Shown here in pieces: positions 30,706-38,326 of a stretch of DNA of 64,000 nt; position 1 is the first letter of the stretch, and each line of letters begins with the position of its first letter. The stretch is from contig JBHIAV010000003.1 in NCBI GenBank assembly GCA_046758745.1, positions 32,001 to 96,000 of the forward strand, written 5' to 3'. The notes beneath the pieces were generated by a model. The model was not told where the DNA came from and did no database searches. It saw nothing but the letters and a program-made list of their open reading frames with translations. A program made the translations under genes and the position numbers. Source of the DNA: Gemmatimonadota bacterium (GTDB taxonomy: Bacteria > Gemmatimonadota > Gemmatimonadetes > Palauibacterales > Palauibacteraceae).

Positions 30706-30987
30706 GACCCGCCCTCCTGACTGGGGCCGATTCGACACGGATCGCGGCGCCGGAAGGGGCCTCCCGGTCGCCGCGGTGCGCGGAAGGTGCACCCCTCCGG
30801 GTGCGCCGAGCTCCCGCGCGTGGGTTCCGCCTGCAGCTTCCCGGCCAGCTCGGGGTGGAGAGCGTTAATTGGCGGCCGGCAAGTGAGTTGCAGCGGAGAG
30901 CCGAGGCGAGAGTGGTCCGGCCGACGAGGAAAGTATTTTCACCGGTTCAGCGCCCGACTGTGGCGGGCACGGAGTGCTCCTGCCTCC

Positions 30988-31857
30988 CTAGGGCCCCTGG
31001 TTCCCGCGGGGCACGAGGGCGACGGCGCGGAGCGGGCCCCCGGAGCCGCCGGCGATCTTCATCGGAAGAGCGACGATGAGAAAGCCCGTGGCGGGCAGCC
31101 GGTCCAGGTTTGCGAGGTTCTCCAGACCCGGAACGTCGGCGGCGGCCGCGATGCGGTGAACGATGAAGTCCTGCGAGGGACCATAGTCGATGGACGCGAC
31201 GTCGGCACCGAGAGCGGCCACTCCTCTCTCCTCTACGAGTAGCCGCGCCGCCGACTCGCCGTAGCTCGGAAAGTGCAGGTTCGAGGCATCCCCCGGGGTG
31301 TCATCACCCAGGTACGCCCTCGGGTCCGGCCACCGGGACCCATATCCCGTGCGCAGCAGGACGATGGTGCCCGGCTCGACGCGGCCGTGCCGCCGCTCGA
31401 ACTCCAGGACATCCTCGGAGACGAGCCGATAGTCCGGCTCCTCGGCGGCTCGCTCCGTGATGTCGATCACCACACCCGGTGCGATGAGCTGCGAGAGGGG
31501 GATCTCATCCGTCGTGTGCCGACCCTCACCGAAATGCCTCGGGGCATCGAGGTGGGTACCGCCGTGCTCGGGCGCGCGGAACGCGTTGGCCGCGTAGAAG
31601 TAGCCTGCCTCGGTCCACCCGTAGCTCAGTCGCTCGAGCTCGAAGGTGGACGGCGAGGTCGGCCAGTAGACGGTCGCGGAATCGAACGCATGGGTCAGGT
31701 CTACGATCTCGGCGCTGGAGAGGTCCACGATCTGGGAGGAGGCGGGGCCAGCCACGAGCCATAAGAGCAAGCCACACGCTCCCAGAGATCGGCGCGCGCA
31801 CGAGCCGGAGCTCCGCCTTCGCGCATCACAGAACCGAGCGGTTCGCGAGGGCATCAT
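30988..31857 (-). CDS. cyclase family (kynurenine formamidase-like) metal hydrolase, probably exported
   Basis: EHGGTHLDAPRHF, VLLRTG, GLENLANL, GGSGGPLRAVA; N-terminal signal-like segment. Confidence 0.88.
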   Translation of the reverse strand: MMPSRTARFCDARRRSSGSCARRSLGACGLLLWLVAGPASSQIVDLSSAEIVDLTHAFDSATVYWPTSPSTFELERLSYGWTEAGYFYAANAFRAPEHGGTHLDAPRHFGEGRHTTDEIPLSQLIAPGVVIDITERAAEEPDYRLVSEDVLEFERRHGRVEPGTIVLLRTGYGSRWPDPRAYLGDDTPGDASNLHFPSYGESAARLLVEERGVAALGADVASIDYGPSQDFIVHRIAAAADVPGLENLANLDRLPATGFLIVALPMKIAGGSGGPLRAVALVPRGNQGP

Positions 31858-32116
31858 CCTGTCACCTCCTGCGTCGTATTGTGCGCGGATCATCCTGTCA
31901 TCTTCCCCGACGCGACCGTCCGACCTTCCCCGCGGGCACGAACCTCGGGCCTCTCCCCGACGCGCCGCTCGACGCTCGCGTGGGCGCGCCGCCCGGATGG
32001 ATGGACGGCTCGGCGCCCGGCCGTCAAGGCGTGTCGACGATTCGCGCTACGCTTTGGCCGGTCGACATACTACCTTGGTCTTGAGCCCGGCGCGTCCCGG
32101 AGCCAGGGAGCTACAG

Positions 32117-32722
32117 GTGGAGAAAGCAAGCCGACGCGCGACCGAGAGGTCGCAGATCCGGGAGGCCGAGGAGAGACCGAAGAGCCTGGGGCGGAACAAC
32201 TGGCTGGCGGCGGCTCTGTACGTCCTCGCCGCCGAGGGAGTCGCTGGCGTTCGCGTGGAGAAACTGGCCCGCCTGCTGGGCGTGACCAAAGGGAGCTTCT
32301 ACTGGCATTTCAAGAACCGGAAGGCTCTGCTGCGAAGTCTCCTGGACTACTGGGTGGAGGAGATGACCGACAGCGTCAGCAGGTTCGTCGAGCGCATCGG
32401 AGGCGACCCTCGCAGCCGGCTGCTCGCTCTACTCGAGCACATCGAGTTCGAGGGCCGCAACCGCTACGACCCGGCCATGCGAGCGTGGGCCGCGTTCGAT
32501 GAGACGGCAGCCGCGGTCGTCAAGGAGGTGGACGAGCGCAGGCTCCGTCTCGTGACGCAGATCTTCCGTGACATGGGATTCAGCGACACCGAGGCCGCCC
32601 TTCGAGGTCGAATGTCCTACTACTATCTGGTCGGGGAGGCGACCGTCCTCATCCAGGATTCGCCAGCGGACCACTGGGAATTCCTCCGCCTCCGCCACCG
32701 GCTACTCACCCACCCCATCTGA
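32117..32722 (+). CDS. TetR/AcrR family transcriptional regulator
   Basis: VRVEKLARLLGVTKGSFYWHFKNR HTH; start uncertain. Confidence 0.9.
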   Translation: MEKASRRATERSQIREAEERPKSLGRNNWLAAALYVLAAEGVAGVRVEKLARLLGVTKGSFYWHFKNRKALLRSLLDYWVEEMTDSVSRFVERIGGDPRSRLLALLEHIEFEGRNRYDPAMRAWAAFDETAAAVVKEVDERRLRLVTQIFRDMGFSDTEAALRGRMSYYYLVGEATVLIQDSPADHWEFLRLRHRLLTHPI

Positions 32723-33032
32723 GCCCGCCGCCGGCCGGGGACGGCGCCGTCACCATCCGTCGCCCGGTCCCGCACCATTCCTCCCCGTATGGCGAAGCGC
32801 CACGGTCTACCCGCCTCGTGCAAGAGTCGCCCGCGCCGCTTCGTACCACTCTCCCTTCGTTCCGTCTTTTGTAAGTCCTTTTCTGAGCGGGGAGTAATCA
32901 ACCCGGCGAGCCGCCCGATCCCGTTGCTCGCACTGTGAACGAGTCTTGCTGTGGGACCCGGACAAGACGGCTGACAATACGGACACGTATGTCCGATTAG
33001 GTTCAGAGCACTGCGGCGAAGGGGGTCCGAGC

Positions 33033-33530
33033 ATGCACCGCAAAGTGTTCTCTGCGCTCGCCTGCGTCCTGCTTGCGGCGGTCGCGGAGGCTCAGGCGCA
33101 GTCCAGCGTCGGCGCCACGGCGACGATCACGATTCCGCAGGTCCTCTTCCTCAGCGTCGACGAGACCGCCATCAGCTTCAACCAGCCGGCCGGGACGGAT
33201 TTCGAGACCGGATGGATCTCGGCGAACCAGGCGAGCACGGTCACCCACAAGGGCAACGTGCAACGGGACGTGCAGCTCTCGGCGGACGTCGCCACATTCA
33301 CGGCGACCAACGACCCGATCAACAACATCAAGCAGGCCGGCGACTTCGAGTGGTCGACCGACGGGGGGAGCACCTTCTTCGGGATCACGACGGCGGGCAC
33401 GGAGATCGTGACGGCCGCTCCGAAGGGTGCTTCCAACGTGACGGTGAACTATCGGACGCTGCTCGATTACACGTCTGACGCGCCTGACACGTATACGCTG
33501 AACTTCACCTACACGGTCATCCCCAACTGA
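33033..33530 (+). CDS. secreted beta-sandwich protein, putative major pilin/fibre subunit
   Basis: Sec signal (AQA), Thr/Asn-rich beta strands, C-terminal PDTYTLNFTYT strand; first gene before a chaperone-like gene. Confidence 0.65.
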   Translation: MHRKVFSALACVLLAAVAEAQAQSSVGATATITIPQVLFLSVDETAISFNQPAGTDFETGWISANQASTVTHKGNVQRDVQLSADVATFTATNDPINNIKQAGDFEWSTDGGSTFFGITTAGTEIVTAAPKGASNVTVNYRTLLDYTSDAPDTYTLNFTYTVIPN

Positions 33531-33540
33531 GCGGCCGACC

Positions 33541-34395
33541 GTGAGCGTCGCGAGTCGAGGGCGCGGCGGGCGCGGGATGCCGAGGCGACGACCGGGTCCC
33601 GACCGGTCGAGCCCCGCACACCGCCGGGGGCGTCGCGTCCGCCTCGCGTCAATCCTCTCCGCTGCGGTCGCCGCGGCCGCACTCCCGCGGGCCGTGGCCG
33701 CCCAGTACTCGGTGTATCCGGTCATCGTGCAGCTCGCGGGGGCAGACACGGCCGAGAGCGGGGTGCTGGTCGTCCGGAACGAGGGAGATGCGGCTCTGCG
33801 GATCCGTCTGTACGCGATGGACTTCGAGCAGGCGGCGGATGGATCGCACGAGTATTCCGAGCTCGGCACGCATCCGAGGTCCTGTAGGGATCGGCTGGGT
33901 GTCTTCCCCGACATGCTGAGCGTTGACCCGGGCATGGAGGGCCGGGTCTACCTGCGCATGGAGCCCGCGATCTCGGGGGACATCTGCTGGTCCGTCGTCT
34001 TCGCGGAGACCCCTGCGCCGACGCGATCCGGCCTCCGGATAACGCAGCGCATCGGGACGAAGGTATACGGACTCGCGCCGGGGACGGAGCCGTCGGGTGA
34101 GCTCGCCAGCGCCGCGGTGCAGGGCGGCGGCTCGGGGCGCTCCGTGACCTTCGAGTTCCGCAACACGGGGGATCGCCCCCTGCGCCCGGAGGGGAGGGTC
34201 GAGATCCGTTCCCTCGAGGGAGCGGTCGCCGCGAGCCAGGAGATCGAGTCGTTCAGCGTGCTTCCCGGGCATAGCAGGCGGGTCGAGGTCGAGATCCCCG
34301 GCGGGCTCGCCCCCGGCCGCTACCTGGCGATCCCGATCCTCGACTTCGGCGGGGACTACCTGGCCGGCGCTCAGGTGGCGTTCCGGGTTCGTTGA
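33541..34395 (+). CDS. PapD-like periplasmic pilus chaperone (two Ig domains)
   Basis: SVYPVIVQL, VVRNEG, WSVVFAE, FRNTGDRPLRPEGRVEI, VLPG..R, LAPGRY; start may be 33577. Confidence 0.72.
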   Translation: MSVASRGRGGRGMPRRRPGPDRSSPAHRRGRRVRLASILSAAVAAAALPRAVAAQYSVYPVIVQLAGADTAESGVLVVRNEGDAALRIRLYAMDFEQAADGSHEYSELGTHPRSCRDRLGVFPDMLSVDPGMEGRVYLRMEPAISGDICWSVVFAETPAPTRSGLRITQRIGTKVYGLAPGTEPSGELASAAVQGGGSGRSVTFEFRNTGDRPLRPEGRVEIRSLEGAVAASQEIESFSVLPGHSRRVEVEIPGGLAPGRYLAIPILDFGGDYLAGAQVAFRVR

Positions 34396-34398
34396 GCC

Positions 34399-34902
34399 AT
34401 GGCCGCCGCGCGGCAGGTGTGCTCGGTCCGACGGCGTCTCGGACGCCCGCTCCTCGCCCTAGTCTCGCTCCTTTCCTTCCCAGCGTGGGCCCACGCTCAG
34501 GGCTGCACGGCCGGGCGAGCGGGCACCTTTCGCCTCCGCGTACAGCCCGCAGTGATCGCGTTCGACCCGCCGGGCCCGGCGGACTTCGAAGCCGGCCGCA
34601 TCGACGCGCAGAGGGAGATCCGCATCGACGTGAGGCCGGAGTTCGGGGGAGGATCGAACTGGACGCTGTGCATTCGTTCCGACAGCCCGGATGCCGGCGG
34701 GTACGGTAAGCCGACGTCCGACTTCGAATGGCAGCTGGCGGGCGACGTGATGTGGACGCCGCTCGAGACCGCGAACCGGCTCGTCTACGCGGGGCGCAAT
34801 CGCCGGCGGGTCATCCTTCTCTTCCGCACGGTCCTCGACTGGGGCCGGGACGAGCCGGGCGACTACGGCCTGCCGCTCACCCTCACCGCGTACCGGCAGT
34901 GA
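34399..34902 (+). CDS. secreted paralogue of the 33033 subunit, putative minor pilin
   Basis: Signal AHA; shares F..P...DFE.G.I, K...DFEW and RT.LD...D.P..Y.L..T.T with the 33033 protein. Confidence 0.62.
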   Translation: MAAARQVCSVRRRLGRPLLALVSLLSFPAWAHAQGCTAGRAGTFRLRVQPAVIAFDPPGPADFEAGRIDAQREIRIDVRPEFGGGSNWTLCIRSDSPDAGGYGKPTSDFEWQLAGDVMWTPLETANRLVYAGRNRRRVILLFRTVLDWGRDEPGDYGLPLTLTAYRQ

Positions 34903-34906
34903 CACG

Positions 34907-37627
34907 ATGGTGCGTCGGAGCGAGCTCGCGTTCGCGGTCGTCTGGTTCGGCCTGGCTCGAGTGCCGGCTTCGGCGCGGGCGCAGGAGAGCACAGCGGTGC
35001 TGCCGGCGATCGACGAGGGCTCGGTCGCCACGGTGCCGGTGGTCCTCCCCGAGGCCCTGCTCGAGGACGGGGGAGCCGACGCGACCGACCACGTGATCCG
35101 CTTCTCGGTGGAACCGGCGGGGGGAGTGCGCCTCCTCGGTGCCCCGGCGGGCGCGTTCACCTGGAGGGACGGCGACCCTCCCTTCTTCCCGCTCACCTTC
35201 ATGGTCCCCCGGCGCTTTCCCGCCGGTCCGTTCCTCGCCGCGCGGGTCCTCTTCCGGGGCGGGACCGGACGGGAAGCGAGGATCGAGGTGCGTGCCCGCA
35301 CGAGGCGTCGTCGGGATGTCCGGCTCGAGCTGCGGCCGATCGATGCGTCCCTCCATCCGGGCGGGACCGCCCGGCTCCGCTACGTCCTCACGAACCGCGG
35401 CAACGCGGAGGACACGGTGCGGCTGGCAGCGACGGGCCCGGCGCTCGATGCATTCGATCTTCCCGACACGGTGATCGTACCGCCCGGCCACCCGGCGGCG
35501 GGGGAGTTCCGAGTACGTGCCCGGCGGCGCGCGGCACCGGGAAGCACCGCCCTCGTCCGCCTCGAGGCGACGGACCGTGAGCCCCGCGTCATGGCGACCG
35601 CCAACCTGACGGTGGTGCGTGACCCGGGATGGCTTCCCCATCTGGTCCACCTCCCGGCCACGGTGTTCCTGGGAGGCTCCGTGGTCCCGGGATACGGAAG
35701 CGGAGGGGGTGGCGCCGTCCTGAATGTGCAGAGCGCGGGTCGCATCGGAAGTCGGTCGTCGCTCCGCTTCTCCTACCGAAAGACGCCTGAGGACGGCGGC
35801 TCGCCGATCTTCGCCGGCGCCGCCTTCGGACCCCGCTTACAGGTCGGGATGGAGCACGGCGCGCTCGGCCTCACGGCAGGCGATGTAGTGGCTTCGACCG
35901 GTCACGTCTTCGGACGGCAGCATCCGGGAAGCGGCATAGAGGCGAGGTGGCGTGGAGAGCGGCTGTCCGTGGTCGCCGTCGCCGCCCGCCCGAGGGGACC
36001 GCGGGGAGGACTCTCCGGAACGCTCGGATCGGCCGTGGTGGACTACGGGACTCCATTCGGAAACGTCGGCTTCGAGTTCGACTACCAGGAGCGGCCCGGC
36101 GGGCCCGACGGCCGCGGCACTCGGGTAGGGGGTGGCGTGATCCGGTACACGTGGGAAGGAGCCGGCGCGCACCGCGTCGCTGCCGAAGCCGGACCCATGT
36201 GGGTGGCCGATGCCGACGGGGCGACGGCGGGGCTCGCCGCGGATCTCCGTTACGCGTACGCGGGGCTGCGGGCCGGCCTGGATGTCCGCGGCCGAACCCT
36301 CCCGGCGACGGCCGCCGGCGCTCGGCTTCCCCCCCGGGAGCTGCGCGCGGCGGGATGGACGGGGCTGTGGCGGGGCTTGAGCGCTGTCGGAAGCGCCTTC
36401 GCCGAGAGGGATCCTCCGACTCCCGGTGCGAGGACGACCCCGGCCGCGACCGAGGGCCTGGAAGCGGGCTTCCGACTGACCACGGGCGAGAGCCATCTCG
36501 ACCTCACCGGGATCCTACGCCGATCGGAGAGCTTCCCCGAACTCGGTGCTCTCCCCTCTACGCGGCGTACGCTGCGCGGCGGCTTCGGCATGCTCCTCGG
36601 TCCGTTTCGGATCGACGGAAGTATGGAGCTCGGCGCCTCCCGCCGCGGGGAGCGACGCGGACCGGCCCGAACGTACCGGGGAGGCATCGCTTGGCTCGGC
36701 GAGCGCGGGCGTGTGCGGCTGGGCGGAAGCTTCGCCGAGGATATCGAGACGCCGCGCTCGGGGCAGGCGGAGCTTAGCGGCGCCTGGCGGATCGTCGGGC
36801 CGCTCGAGTTCCGGGTAGGCGCAGCTGCGGTCCTCGACGGAGGCGACCTGTGGCCGGATCTCACCGCGTGGGGCGCGGCCCGTCTCGACCTCGGCCGACG
36901 TACGACGCTCTACCTCGGCGCCGAGTCGAGGGCGCCGCTCGCCACAGCCGAGGCGAGGGGCTCGCGCTGGCGCTTCTCGCTCGGCGTCCGCCGCCAGCTG
37001 CCCGTGCCGCTACCGCTTCGCCGCCGCCCGGCCGCAGAAGGGATCGTCTTCGAAGACCGGAACGGGAACGGCCGGCGCGAGCCCGGAGAGCCGCCCGTAT
37101 CGGGGGCGCTGATCCGCCTGGGCGGAGAGCATGAGAAGACTGGGGCGGACGGCCGATTCGTCTTCGCGCCGAATGACGGCTCCTCCAGCCTGTGGGTCGA
37201 TCCGGCGTCACTGCCTCCGGGTCGGCTCCCCGCCCGGAGCTTCTTCCCTCCCTCCGGTCTGGTGGAGATCCCGGTGATCCGGACCGCATCTCTCACGCTG
37301 CGTCTCTTCCTCGATGGGAACGGGAACGGTCGACGGGACGAAGGCGAAGGGCCGGCGCCGGAGGTCACCGTCCACATCGGGGACGAGGCGGCGGGGAGCT
37401 GGGTCGTTCGCTCCGCGGCGGACGGCGACGTTCGGCTCTCCGCCATCCGGCCCGGCCACTACATCGTGCGGGTCGGGGGCGAATCGCTTCCCCCCCGGGC
37501 CACACCTCCGGAGGAGCTCGGCTTGCAGGTGGTGGGCGGCGAGAGCCTCGTCGTGGAAGTCCCCATCCGAACCGCGCCGCGCGCCGTTCGTTTCTCCGAG
37601 GGCTCGTCTCTCGAGGCTTGGGACTGA
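34907..37627 (+). CDS. large outer-membrane usher-like protein (Ig-like N-terminus, beta-barrel, two SdrD-B-like C-terminal domains)
   Basis: Signal ARA; LTNRGNAEDTVRL; long amphipathic beta-strand core; FEDRNGNGRREPGE and FLDGNGNGRRDEGE. Confidence 0.62.
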   Translation: MVRRSELAFAVVWFGLARVPASARAQESTAVLPAIDEGSVATVPVVLPEALLEDGGADATDHVIRFSVEPAGGVRLLGAPAGAFTWRDGDPPFFPLTFMVPRRFPAGPFLAARVLFRGGTGREARIEVRARTRRRRDVRLELRPIDASLHPGGTARLRYVLTNRGNAEDTVRLAATGPALDAFDLPDTVIVPPGHPAAGEFRVRARRRAAPGSTALVRLEATDREPRVMATANLTVVRDPGWLPHLVHLPATVFLGGSVVPGYGSGGGGAVLNVQSAGRIGSRSSLRFSYRKTPEDGGSPIFAGAAFGPRLQVGMEHGALGLTAGDVVASTGHVFGRQHPGSGIEARWRGERLSVVAVAARPRGPRGGLSGTLGSAVVDYGTPFGNVGFEFDYQERPGGPDGRGTRVGGGVIRYTWEGAGAHRVAAEAGPMWVADADGATAGLAADLRYAYAGLRAGLDVRGRTLPATAAGARLPPRELRAAGWTGLWRGLSAVGSAFAERDPPTPGARTTPAATEGLEAGFRLTTGESHLDLTGILRRSESFPELGALPSTRRTLRGGFGMLLGPFRIDGSMELGASRRGERRGPARTYRGGIAWLGERGRVRLGGSFAEDIETPRSGQAELSGAWRIVGPLEFRVGAAAVLDGGDLWPDLTAWGAARLDLGRRTTLYLGAESRAPLATAEARGSRWRFSLGVRRQLPVPLPLRRRPAAEGIVFEDRNGNGRREPGEPPVSGALIRLGGEHEKTGADGRFVFAPNDGSSSLWVDPASLPPGRLPARSFFPPSGLVEIPVIRTASLTLRLFLDGNGNGRRDEGEGPAPEVTVHIGDEAAGSWVVRSAADGDVRLSAIRPGHYIVRVGGESLPPRATPPEELGLQVVGGESLVVEVPIRTAPRAVRFSEGSSLEAWD

Positions 37628-37683
37628 GGACCGCCCCGTGTCCCTCGCGGCTCGGGACTGAGGACCGCCCCGTCCCTCGAGGC
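37610..37683 (+). repeat. about 33-bp tandem duplication spanning the stop codon of the usher-like gene
   Basis: GGGACTGAGGACCGCCCCGT occurs twice within CTCG(A/C)GGC-flanked units. Confidence 0.8.
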
Positions 37684-37927
37684 ATAGCCGGGTTCCGGCC
37701 CTTCCGCGCGCCCGCCTCCGACATGACTCCTCCGTGGCCGGGGTAGAACGGATCGGCCAGCGGGTGGTATTCTACCCGATCGGCCCGACCAGCGCCGCGG
37801 ACGCGTGCGCCGGGTTTGGTCTCCACGCGGGGTGTCGCTCGAGCTCCGGCCGCAGCCGACGCCATGACCGCGGCCGGCGGAGGCGGATGACCGGGAGCAC
37901 GCCGGCGCACGTGACGAGGAGCCACAC

Positions 37928-38326
37928 ATGTCGAAGAAGATCGTGAAGTCGGACGCCGAGTGGCGCGAGCAGCTCGGGCCCGAACAGTACCGGATCACCC
38001 GCCAGAAGGGGACGGAGCGGCCGTTCACGGGCGAGTACCATGACTGCAAGGACCGGGGCGTCTACCGGTGCGTGTGCTGCGGGAACGAGCTCTTCAGCTC
38101 CGAGACGAAGTTCGACTCGGGCACCGGCTGGCCCAGCTTCTACGCGCCGGTCGCTGCCGAGAAGATCGTCACGGCGGAAGACGACAGCTTCTTCATGCGG
38201 CGCACAGAGGTCCTGTGCGGCCGGTGCGACGCCCACCTCGGCCATCTGTTCGAGGACGGGCCGCACCCCACCGGCCTCCGGTATTGCATCAACTCCGCCG
38301 CTCTCGAGCTCGGCCAGGAGGAGTGA
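37928..38326 (+). CDS. msrB: peptide-methionine (R)-S-oxide reductase
   Basis: [38 protein letters not shown]. Confidence 0.96.
   Translation: MSKKIVKSDAEWREQLGPEQYRITRQKGTERPFTGEYHDCKDRGVYRCVCCGNELFSSETKFDSGTGWPSFYAPVAAEKIVTAEDDSFFMRRTEVLCGRCDAHLGHLFEDGPHPTGLRYCINSAALELGQEE

Noticed and set aside
38068-38325. N-terminal extension of the M16 peptidase overlapping msrB
   Set aside because: Shadow frame; ATG 38326 with a GGAGGAG RBS and signal peptide is the better start.
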